Positions 8,984-16,934 of a DNA stretch of 32,000 nt are shown one piece after another. The translations under genes and the position numbers were made by a program. The stretch lies in contig NZ_CP042905.2 of NCBI RefSeq assembly GCF_008000775.2, positions 870,001 through 902,000 of the forward strand. The letters are read 5' to 3'. The DNA is from Promethearchaeum syntrophicum (GTDB lineage: Archaea; Asgardarchaeota; Lokiarchaeia; Sigyniarchaeales; Promethearchaeaceae). Each line of letters begins with the position of its first letter. Within the stretch, counting starts at the first letter, position 1. The notes under the pieces were generated by a model. The model was not told the DNA's origin. It searched no databases and worked only from the letters and a program-made list of their open reading frames with translations.

Positions 8984-9583
8984 ATGGGTAAAAGGAATAA
9001 CACAAATATTATGAAAAAACGAAAACTTAAGCCGAATTATAGTTGTTTTGCCGCACCGCATCCGACTGTGGTTGCAGGAACTTTCGTCAACAATAAAGCC
9101 ACTTATACCACATTAGGAGATTTTGGGATTCTGTGTGCCTATCCTTTGCATATTTATATTGCTTCTGTCCATACCCATTATCTTAATATTGGTATAAAAG
9201 AAAATATGACTTTTAGTGTAAATATCCCAAATCCAGACAATTTGGAGAAAACTGATTATGTAGGAATTGTGTCAGGGCATAAAACAGATAAATCAAAAGT
9301 GTTTGACTACTTTGTGGGAGATTTGGAATCAGTTCCAATGATAAAAGAATTTCCAATAACCATGGAATGTGAAGTCCATGATATTAAACGAGTTGGGAGA
9401 AATGATGTGTTTATGGCGAAGGTGATCAATATTTATGCAGGAGAAGAATTCCTTGAAGATGGTGAAATCAATATGGATAAAGTAAATCCAATAACACTTT
9501 TTATGGATTTGTCTTATCGCACTATCGGAAAAACTGTTGGGATTTCATATCAAGTTGGTAGGAATTTTAAACCAAAGCCTTAA
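8984..9583 (+). CDS. Flavin reductase-like/flavoredoxin family protein (FMN-binding split barrel)
   Basis: NYSCFAAPHPTVVAGTFVNNKATYTTLGDFGILCAYPLHIYIASVHTHYLNIGIKENMTFSVNIPN...DYVGIVSGHKTDKSKVFDYFVGDLESVPMIKEFPITMECEV. Confidence 0.88.
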   Translation: MGKRNNTNIMKKRKLKPNYSCFAAPHPTVVAGTFVNNKATYTTLGDFGILCAYPLHIYIASVHTHYLNIGIKENMTFSVNIPNPDNLEKTDYVGIVSGHKTDKSKVFDYFVGDLESVPMIKEFPITMECEVHDIKRVGRNDVFMAKVINIYAGEEFLEDGEINMDKVNPITLFMDLSYRTIGKTVGISYQVGRNFKPKP

Positions 9584-10283
9584 TTTTCTCTTTGTTTTTA
9601 AAATATTTTGATGTATAATAGCCTTGAATCCAAAAGGTAAGTATTTCAGCATACACAATCACTTTTTGCCCCACTACTTGGATAATTCTTCCTATTTCTG
9701 TCCCTGCACTGGGACCAAAGAAGAGTAAGTATAAGTAAACTACCAAAATGACTCCCATTATGATATATATGTAGGATAGTATTCGAGGAAAATCTTTTTT
9801 TTGCAGGAAGGCTGTGACATAACAGATTACTACTGGCAAGGTTAATGGAAATGCAAGGTAAACAAAAAACATGTGAGCACTTAGGGATGCTTCTGATTTG
9901 TCCCACGGTGTAAAACCAATTCCAATGTATCCAATAGCTGCAATGAAACCTAAGGTGCTTCCCAAGATGATAAGAATGTAATTGATCCTGTTAGATTTAA
10001 ATATTGAAGGAATTACTGCAAAATAAGGCATCATTAATAAGCCGCAAAATAACGTTGCCATTAAAAACAATGTAGATGAAACCATGTTGGAGTCACCAGA
10101 ATATCCCGTTATCATCCCCAAATCACTAAAAAAATTATTAATTAAAGAATATCCCGGAGAGGTAGGTTCAAACATGTATCCTCCGGCAAAGGTAAACATT
10201 GCAATAATTGTTAATATAAAGAAAAGGGAACTACCAATCACGGGTGCGAAGAGTGCCCACTGTTTCAATTTGTTTTTATCCAT
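9567..10283 (-). CDS. Polytopic membrane protein, DUF998-like
   Basis: Several TM helices, PGYSLINNFFSDLGMITGYSG...; FVYLAFPLTLPVVICYV; overlaps 8984..9583 tail-to-tail by 17 nt. Confidence 0.6.
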   Translation of the reverse strand: MDKNKLKQWALFAPVIGSSLFFILTIIAMFTFAGGYMFEPTSPGYSLINNFFSDLGMITGYSGDSNMVSSTLFLMATLFCGLLMMPYFAVIPSIFKSNRINYILIILGSTLGFIAAIGYIGIGFTPWDKSEASLSAHMFFVYLAFPLTLPVVICYVTAFLQKKDFPRILSYIYIIMGVILVVYLYLLFFGPSAGTEIGRIIQVVGQKVIVYAEILTFWIQGYYTSKYFKNKEKIKALV

Positions 10284-10462
10284 AAATTTTTTTTGTCAAT
10301 AGCGGTATTTAAATTATTGGCATAATTTTTCCCAGATAAAGTAGCGTTCAGAGAGCAATATTATTTCGAGTTAAGCAATCTGAAAAAAAAAACTTCAATT
10401 TTTTAACCCTTTTTAAAATCCTCTTCTAAATCGCGTATCTTTTAATTAAATTAATTGAATCA

Positions 10463-10954
10463 TCAAATGAATTTAGGAATCCATCGTGGAACTTTCTCTT
10501 TATATTCTAAAAACTCATTTCCGAATATTTCTTCTAAAATTTTCTCTTCAACCTTTACCATTTTATTATATACAAAGAAAATAATTATAAAAACACCTAT
10601 AGATATCAGAGAAATGGAGAAACATATTACTGCGACATAGATCAATAAAATCCCTAGATACATCGGATTTCTCACAAATTTGAAAATTCCTTTGGTCAAT
10701 ACTTTGGCTGGTGGTTGGTTATCCTTGAATAAGGTTTTATGGGAGATTTGGATTAAAACTAGAGCCATTAATACAAAGATTATACAGAAAATAATTCGTA
10801 GATAAAGTGGAACGACATCATTTAACTGGGTTGACCAATGTAAAACTTCTCCATCCAATATCGAGACAAGAGCAAATATGATTGGTGTTGTAATAAGGAT
10901 TAGATGAGTACGAGGTGCTTCTCGTTCTTGAGGAGACAAATTACTTTGATTCAT
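10463..10954 (-). CDS. Isoprenylcysteine carboxyl methyltransferase (ICMT)/phospholipid methyltransferase-like membrane protein
   Basis: TKGIFKFVRNPMYLGILLIYVAVICFSISLISIGVFIIIFFVYNKMVKVEEKILEEIFGNEFLEYKEKVPRWIPKF matches the C-terminal RHPxY...EE..L...FG.EY..Y...VPR.IP pattern. Confidence 0.88.
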   Translation of the reverse strand: MNQSNLSPQEREAPRTHLILITTPIIFALVSILDGEVLHWSTQLNDVVPLYLRIIFCIIFVLMALVLIQISHKTLFKDNQPPAKVLTKGIFKFVRNPMYLGILLIYVAVICFSISLISIGVFIIIFFVYNKMVKVEEKILEEIFGNEFLEYKEKVPRWIPKFI

Positions 10955-11039
10955 AATATATATTATGGTTAAGCGATTTTTATTTATTTTTAGATAGTAT
11001 TAGTTTAAATATACAAAAAAGAAGTTTGATTATAATAAA

Positions 11040-12516
11040 CAGTCTTCAAGGTTATAAACTCGACGATAAAAAACGTCCCTAAGTCTAATCTATGAAAACG
11101 ATAGAAGATATAAAGGGGAAAGGAGAATATTTATATGATAATCTATGAATATTGCAAGGAGTCGTTCGATTTCCAGATCGAAAAACCTTCCTTTCCCTAA
11201 AGATATATTTCTCCTCGGAGAATTTAAATCTTTGGTTAACAGTTTGGTCACTCGATTAGGAATCGCGAAAAGATTTAAGCCCAGGCTCTATTCATATGCA
11301 GATTTTGTGTTTGTTAAATTTTATGCTTTAATAACTTCGACGCCGATAGAAAGAGCTTCGGAACGCCTTAATAACTGGTTGGTACTCCAATATTTCAATA
11401 AGTACAAGTTAAAACCAAAAAATTTTCAAGACGGAGTTCGTAAACGGCGCTTAGTACCACATCAAACCGATGTTGATAAATTTTTCAGATTGTTATCTGA
11501 AAAAGAAGTCAATATGTTGTTCGGAAATCTATTAATGAACGTTGTACTGAAGGTTAAAGCTAGATGTATCGGAGGATCAAAACTCAGATTCTTAGTTGAC
11601 AACACTGAATATGCATATTATGGCAAGCCCAACTCGCTTTTTGAAATTGGAACCAATCGAAAACCAGGAACTCGGTTCTGTCGCATGTTTCAAGGGCATG
11701 CACTTCACGGATCTGGAATGACATTGTTTACTGATTTCTATTTACTTCAAAAAGGGAAATATCGTTGTCTTAACATCCCTCATTCGGTAGAATGGATAAG
11801 GTGGTCGGGAATTAATCTTTCCTATTCTCTCATGGATAGAGAATTTTACCGCGCCGCCTTAATCAAAGATCTTAAAACCTGTAAACTTCCAGTTCTTATT
11901 CCCGCGAAGAAATATCCCGGAATTAAAAGAAAAATCAAAGATTTCTTGCTCGGAATAGGTCCATTGGTATCAGTTTATCACTTTTCACAAACCCAAAAGG
12001 TAAAACCATGGCCGAGTTCGGTTCATGTGAATTTTGTCGTTATTGGCCATAAAAATGTATTAGCAACCGAAATACGGCGCCAATTCAGACAAGGTATTTT
12101 AACGTTCGATGAAGCAATAAAACAGTTAGCAGGGTTCTTTACAACTCTCAAACCTTGGAAAAATCATTCACGATGGGCTAAATGGCTTTCACGAGCATAT
12201 AAAAAAAGATGGAATGAAGAGACGGGGTTCAGTAAGTTGAATGATATTCACAAAAGTTTCCGGAATCATTATCCGAATGTGCAATTATCTCAGCTCTATA
12301 TGAGAGCAATAATTTATAACAATTGGCAATATTTCAAAAGAGAAGCAGAAAAATCCGGAATTAGAGCTTCAAAGAGAAGTTTAGCTGTGTTTTTAGAGAC
12401 ATTAGAATGGAGAATCTATAATCTAATTGAACAATCAGTGAGTTATAATTTAAAATATTTACAGAAAAAAAGAAGGAGGTTATATTTTGAAAGTTAATTT
12501 ATAACCTTAAAGACTG
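11040..12516 (+). mobile_element. Complete insertion sequence, 1477 bp, with imperfect TIRs and 6-bp TSD AATAAA (11034..11039 and 12517..12522)
   Basis: Left end CAGTCTTCAAGGTTATAAACT; right end reverse complement CAGTCTTTAAGGTTATAAATT (2 mismatches in 21). Direct repeat AATAAA flanks both ends. Encloses a transposase ORF. Confidence 0.92.
11145..12497 (+). CDS. DDE transposase, IS4-superfamily-like (exact IS family not assigned)
   Basis: Candidate catalytic regions: FLVDNTEYAYYGKP (D), SYSLMDREFYRAALIKDLKTCKLPVLIPAKK (D), AYKKRWNEETGFSKLNDIHKSFRNHYP (E, YREK-like). Bracketed by TIRs. Confidence 0.85.
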   Translation: MNIARSRSISRSKNLPFPKDIFLLGEFKSLVNSLVTRLGIAKRFKPRLYSYADFVFVKFYALITSTPIERASERLNNWLVLQYFNKYKLKPKNFQDGVRKRRLVPHQTDVDKFFRLLSEKEVNMLFGNLLMNVVLKVKARCIGGSKLRFLVDNTEYAYYGKPNSLFEIGTNRKPGTRFCRMFQGHALHGSGMTLFTDFYLLQKGKYRCLNIPHSVEWIRWSGINLSYSLMDREFYRAALIKDLKTCKLPVLIPAKKYPGIKRKIKDFLLGIGPLVSVYHFSQTQKVKPWPSSVHVNFVVIGHKNVLATEIRRQFRQGILTFDEAIKQLAGFFTTLKPWKNHSRWAKWLSRAYKKRWNEETGFSKLNDIHKSFRNHYPNVQLSQLYMRAIIYNNWQYFKREAEKSGIRASKRSLAVFLETLEWRIYNLIEQSVSYNLKYLQKKRRRLYFES

Positions 12517-12550
12517 AATAAAAAAAAAATAAAATTCATAAATAGTATAT

Positions 12551-13675
12551 TTATAAAGTGGTAAAGCTCTCAACTGTTTTCTGATCTAATTTTTTGAGCA
12601 TCGCAATAACTAATTGAATAGCGCCTTCTACATCCTCTAAATCTAATAATGAATGATGACTATGAACATAGCGAGTTGCAATTCCAATAAATAAAGAAGG
12701 TACACCTGCTCCTGTGAGATGAATTGACCCTGCATCTGTGCCACCTCGATTTAAAAAGCCCATTTGCCATTTTATCCCATTTTCTTCTGCGATTTTAATA
12801 GCAAACTTTCGAAATTTGGGATTTGCCATCATTGAATTATCCATTGCATGAATGACAACTCCATCACCCATTTTTTGATCTGCATTTTTGGTTCCTGGAA
12901 CATCTCCACTAACAGTGACATCTAAAGACATCCCTATATCTGGTTGTAACAGTTGAGCAGCTGTACGCGCTCCTCGACACCCAATTTCTTCTTGAACAGT
13001 TGAAACGCTGTAGATAATATTGGGGGGATTGGATTTTTCTTCTGAAAGCCTTCGTATAATTTCTAGAGCAATAAATACACCGATTCGATCATCAAAGGCT
13101 TTAGCCACCACAAGGTGAACATCCTTTTCTTCTTCTTTCCCATTATCGTCTTTAATTAGTCGTTTGCGCTTAATACTACGATAAGTTGCATAGGGGACTG
13201 CAGGATCTCCAACTTTAATTCCTAACGCTTCAACTTCTTTCTCTGAATTACATCCAATATCCACTAAGAGTTGATCTAATGGTTTTACTTCTTTCATATC
13301 TTTAATGGCTCCAGGAAATGCTGATTGAATAATCCCAATAATATCTTCTCCCCCTTTAAATGGTCTAATCAAGATTTCTTGTCCTAATTGAACTGTAGGA
13401 AATATACCTCCAATATTTGATATTTTTAGAAATCCTTTTTTACCAATACTTGAGATTATATACCCAATTTCATCAGCATGTCCTGCCAACATGATTTTTG
13501 GACCCGACTTACCATATTTAAAAATTACAGAACCTGTTCGATCATAGAGAACATCATCTGCGAACTTTTGTCCATAGTCTCTCGTTATTTTTTGAACTTC
13601 ATTTTCGTGCCCGCTTGGACCGAAAGCATTTGTTAAGGTTTCTAAGAGTTTTAAATCCAATTTATCATCTGCCAT
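12551..13675 (-). CDS. M42 family metallopeptidase (aminopeptidase/endoglucanase-like)
   Basis: LTNAFGPSGHENEV, GPKIMLAGHADEIGYIIS, VVAKAFDDRIGVFIALE, STVQEEIGCRGARTAAQLLQPDIGMSLDVTVSGDVPG, NRGGTDAGSIHLTGAGVPSLFIGIATRYVHSHHSLLDLEDVEGAIQL. Confidence 0.95.
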   Translation of the reverse strand: MADDKLDLKLLETLTNAFGPSGHENEVQKITRDYGQKFADDVLYDRTGSVIFKYGKSGPKIMLAGHADEIGYIISSIGKKGFLKISNIGGIFPTVQLGQEILIRPFKGGEDIIGIIQSAFPGAIKDMKEVKPLDQLLVDIGCNSEKEVEALGIKVGDPAVPYATYRSIKRKRLIKDDNGKEEEKDVHLVVAKAFDDRIGVFIALEIIRRLSEEKSNPPNIIYSVSTVQEEIGCRGARTAAQLLQPDIGMSLDVTVSGDVPGTKNADQKMGDGVVIHAMDNSMMANPKFRKFAIKIAEENGIKWQMGFLNRGGTDAGSIHLTGAGVPSLFIGIATRYVHSHHSLLDLEDVEGAIQLVIAMLKKLDQKTVESFTTL

Positions 13676-13764
13676 AGTAATTGAAATATAATCCGTTTAG
13701 ATTTGAATTTTCTCTTTTGTTCTAATTTAGGTTTGAAAAATTATAAATAAAGAAAAAAAAATCG

Positions 13765-13925
13765 TACCGGTGGTGTGGATTATCCTTTCATACCATTTTT
13801 GCTATGAAATTTGGACACACGACCTCAGGATTTCTTATTCAAGCGCAATTCTGCGAAAGATCTGACCCTTTTTTTCAGAAACTCGATTATGAGTCCTGCG
13901 CTCTAACCAACTGAGCTACACCGGC
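13765..13925 (-). tRNA. tRNA with CAT anticodon (elongator Met, or Ile2) with a ~56-nt anticodon-loop intron (13832..13887) and an apparent ~31-nt T-loop intron (~13780..13810)
   Basis: Minus strand: GCCGGTG-TA-GCTC-AGTTGGTTA-GAGC-G-CAGGA-CTCATA[intron]A-TCCTG-AGGTC-GTGTG-TCCAA[intron]TC-CACAC-CACCGGT-A. All stems pair (G1-T72 wobble). T-loop insert forms TTTCATA/TATGAAA stem plus TCC/GGA helix separated by bulges. Confidence 0.82.
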
Positions 13926-14032
13926 TTGGAAAATCTTTGAAATCAGAAATTTAAATTTCCAATTATTCTATAAAGTATATCATATTTCATAAAAATTTTG
14001 GTTCAGATAAAAAATGAAGAAAGGTTTTTTTA

Positions 14033-14452
14033 TCATTTAAGTAAGCAAAGAATCTCCGAGTGCAATATCATCCATGATTTTTGTATTATACTTTTCATCC
14101 CTATTAGATTAACATTAAATTCTTGAATTGGGATAATAAGATTCGTCTTTGAACTGGATGTGGTTTCTTCTATGGGTGATAATTTTGTCTCATTTTCATC
14201 AAGAAATTCTGCTTTCCCAAAATATGAATTATATTCTATTAAACCATTTACTGTCATAGCTTTACCTAAGCCGATTCTTTCTAATCCTAACTGATTAATG
14301 GTTTTTTTATCCAATGCAAGATATCCAGAAAATCCAGTATCAAAAATGAAATACTTAATAATGGAAATATTGGTTGACGGATTAAAAACTCTAATTGGGA
14401 TTCGAAAAGTTTTTGTTTGTTTTTCAATTTTCCAAGCGATAGCAACTTCCAT
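14033..14452 (-). CDS. Clan AA (retropepsin-like) aspartyl protease-like protein
   Basis: IIKYFIFDTGFSGYLALDKKTINQLGLERIGLGKAMTVNGLIEYNSYFGKAEF; DTGxxGYLxL motif typical of small prokaryotic clan AA proteases. Confidence 0.75.
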   Translation of the reverse strand: MEVAIAWKIEKQTKTFRIPIRVFNPSTNISIIKYFIFDTGFSGYLALDKKTINQLGLERIGLGKAMTVNGLIEYNSYFGKAEFLDENETKLSPIEETTSSSKTNLIIPIQEFNVNLIGMKSIIQKSWMILHSEILCLLK

Positions 14453-14453
14453 A

Positions 14454-14732
14454 TTAATCTACTTTAATATTTTTTAATTCTTTATTAATATCTTTGATTT
14501 TTGATCGAGAAAGAAACAAATTATCTTTGGGATCAGATTTTAAGGTTTCAAGTTCTTCTTTTGAATAAGGACCAACGATATACGGGAGAGATCCTGCAAA
14601 ATTAAAATCTAAAACGTATTTTCGGGTCGCTTCTTTTAAAAAATCACTTCTACTACTATAAAACCCTTTATGAATTATCTCATCGACTTGTTTTAATAAT
14701 TTTTTTGGTAAACGAATTTGTAATGTTTGCAT
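14454..14732 (-). CDS. RHH (CopG/ParD-like) transcriptional regulator/antitoxin-like protein
   Basis: MQTLQIRLPKKLLKQVDEIIHKGFYSSRSDFLKEATRKYVLDF; 1-nt gap to the downstream protease gene. Confidence 0.88.
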   Translation of the reverse strand: MQTLQIRLPKKLLKQVDEIIHKGFYSSRSDFLKEATRKYVLDFNFAGSLPYIVGPYSKEELETLKSDPKDNLFLSRSKIKDINKELKNIKVD

Positions 14733-14746
14733 TTTAAATTACCCCA

Positions 14747-14764
14747 TAATTACTTACGTAATTA
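14747..14764. promoter_or_regulatory. Inverted repeat TAATTAC-TTAC-GTAATTA containing TTACGTAA palindrome, candidate RHH autoregulatory operator
   Basis: Seen directly 14 bp upstream of the RHH start codon at 14732. Confidence 0.45.
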
Positions 14765-14811
14765 ACTAATATAAATTTTATAAAAAAATTTTCTTTCTTC
14801 TTTATAATCAA

Positions 14812-15621
14812 TCATAATATTATTGAAAATTCGGAATCCTTGATGGTTATTTTAAACTTATAGTAGAGTTTGGATAAAATATTTTTTAGATTTGTAGTAT
14901 GTCTTTGATTTTCTAAAATTTTTATAGTTCTGTAGCCCAAAACATATAGTCCCTCTGCAATTTTATCTTGAAAATCAGGTAAATTATTTGAAACAGCTAT
15001 TAATCTTATATAATCTTCTAATATTTCATTTAACTTCTGCGGATTAAAAATATGGATGGTTATATCCGCTCTTTCAGGGCTGAATGGACTGTGCCTATCG
15101 CGATCCCAATAAGAACCACCTCTCGACGAGAAGGAGGGACGGTATCTTCCAAACATGCATGTTACTTTTTCGCTCGAGAGTGCATTAAAAATAACTGTGT
15201 TTGTATGGCGGGGAAGATAGCCGATTCTACTTTTTTCAAACCAAACACTGACTGCATGGGAATCATATTGATTATATGGTTCGGGTTTTAAGGTAAAAAT
15301 TGTTCCTTGGGGCAGTCTTTTCAGAATATGTCCATTTTTTGTATAATAAATTCCTACAATTTGTTGATAGTAGATTGTATCGGGAGATTGGGATGGAATT
15401 TTAGGAAATATTGGGGAGATTTCTAAATATTGTTTATGATTTTGATATTTCTTTCCTGAAAAGTGGTTTTCGTGGCATTCAGAACAATAGTAGCCAATTT
15501 CTGAATTGTTTAGTAACCTTTTGAACAGAGGCAGAATTTCGGATAAAATTCCCGCTTTATTATTAAATCGGGGATTCACAAAATTTGCTAAAAGATTATT
15601 ATATTGTTGCAATTCGTTCAT
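14812..15621 (-). CDS. HIRAN-domain-containing protein with N-terminal CxxC...H pattern
   Basis: RLPQGTIFTLKPEPYNQYDSHAVSVWFEKSRIGYLPRHTNTVIFNAL is HIRAN-like (PxNxYDxxAVxV...IGYLPR); N-terminus CSECHENHFSGKKYQNHKQYLEI. Confidence 0.75.
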   Translation of the reverse strand: MNELQQYNNLLANFVNPRFNNKAGILSEILPLFKRLLNNSEIGYYCSECHENHFSGKKYQNHKQYLEISPIFPKIPSQSPDTIYYQQIVGIYYTKNGHILKRLPQGTIFTLKPEPYNQYDSHAVSVWFEKSRIGYLPRHTNTVIFNALSSEKVTCMFGRYRPSFSSRGGSYWDRDRHSPFSPERADITIHIFNPQKLNEILEDYIRLIAVSNNLPDFQDKIAEGLYVLGYRTIKILENQRHTTNLKNILSKLYYKFKITIKDSEFSIIL

Positions 15622-16018
15622 CTAGTCCACCCCAGAAAAATTTTCTTATTAATCTTACGATATCTTATTGATTTTTACATCTTACTTCTTCTTTCTATTT
15701 AAACATCGAAATTCGATTTAGATTTTGTATTAATTCTTAATTTATTTTCTTTGGTTTCACTTCTTATATAATTTTTATAAATAGGGTTTTTAATATTCAT
15801 GCTTAATGGCTAATTAGGATTATTAATGCCAAAATCTTTTCCCTCCTTGTTTTTTACTTTATTTTATACCATATGTTTCATATGATTCAGTCCAATCAGA
15901 TTGGTCACCATGATTCATTAGTAAAAAACATATGTATCTATCCTACTAATAATAACACAAGGTTTTTTTTTTAGTGTCACAGATATTTTGTTAATAAAGA
16001 ACCTTTAGGTGAATCTTT

Positions 16019-16933
16019 ATGTCAGCGAAAAAAGAATATAAAGTTGGAGACTTGATCATCGATGATGAGTATGGAACCATCGATTCTACTGCTTCCGTAG
16101 TGGAAGCTGCCCAGAAAATAAAAGAATTAAAAGTTCCTGATCTAGTGGTAGTTGATGATAAGTCAAAAAATGTGTTAGGCGTCATTGCGGATTATGATAT
16201 TGTCCAAAATGTTGTAGCTGAGGGAAAAGATCCCAAAAACACACTAGTTACTGATGCAATGTATATCATTACTCCTGTATCTCGAGAAACTCCCGTCAAG
16301 GAATGCTTCAAAGTGATGCAAGAAATGAATGTAAATGTTGTGCCCGTAATAGAAGAAGATAAGTTATTGGGTGTTGCTTCTATTCAAGATTGTTGGTCTT
16401 ACATTCCGGATGAAAATCCAGATGATATTGGATTGATTAGCGTAGCAAATCCAAAGACAATGGAATTTTATGTCGCAAGTATGGTCACGCTTTTAGCATT
16501 TATTTTTGGGATTCTAATGCCAGCGATTGGTGTCTATGGATTTTTTAATGAAACTGGAAATATTCCTTCGATGGGGGAGTTTGTACCAAGAGAAGGAGCA
16601 ATATGGGTATCAGTTCTCATTTGCAACTATGCTGTGTTAATACTTGGAGTTCTCACTCTATTTTCAATCTTCTATGGAGGTATTTCTGATATGCGGAATT
16701 TTTATGTTTCCAATGTTATAAAAATACTAATTCCTTATATCACGATTGGATTGATGATACTACAATGGATATTGTATGCAATGGCTTTTAGAACGACAGC
16801 GGGTGCTTCAGTAGATGGAGTTGGGTTGTTCTTTTCGATATTATCTATGCTTTTATTGCTTTTAGCAATTAATCGCGATATTATGTTTAAAACCCAAGGA
16901 AAACCATCAGCAGAACAAGAGGTGGCAAGTTAA
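16019..16933 (+). CDS. Tandem CBS domain protein fused to C-terminal transmembrane region
   Basis: VVEAAQKIKELKVPDLVVVDDKSKNVLGVIADYDIVQNV...ETPVKECFKVMQEMNVNVVPVIEEDKLLGVASIQDCW followed by about four TM helices. Confidence 0.88.
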   Translation: MSAKKEYKVGDLIIDDEYGTIDSTASVVEAAQKIKELKVPDLVVVDDKSKNVLGVIADYDIVQNVVAEGKDPKNTLVTDAMYIITPVSRETPVKECFKVMQEMNVNVVPVIEEDKLLGVASIQDCWSYIPDENPDDIGLISVANPKTMEFYVASMVTLLAFIFGILMPAIGVYGFFNETGNIPSMGEFVPREGAIWVSVLICNYAVLILGVLTLFSIFYGGISDMRNFYVSNVIKILIPYITIGLMILQWILYAMAFRTTAGASVDGVGLFFSILSMLLLLLAINRDIMFKTQGKPSAEQEVAS

Positions 16934-16934
16934 A

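Noticed and set aside
9646-10302. Plus-strand ORFs 9646..9906 and 10084..10302
   Set aside because: Antisense to the DUF998-like membrane protein gene.
13765-13925. Reading this locus as an initiator tRNA-Met or as a split tRNA fragment
   Set aside because: Anticodon stem CAGGA/TCCTG lacks the initiator G-C run, and both halves of every stem are present in cis, so a split tRNA is unnecessary.
12551-15621. Integrated provirus/plasmid anchored at the tRNA
   Set aside because: No integrase, no visible direct repeat of the tRNA 3' end and no phage genes; only an IS element and an RHH/protease/HIRAN cluster are present.
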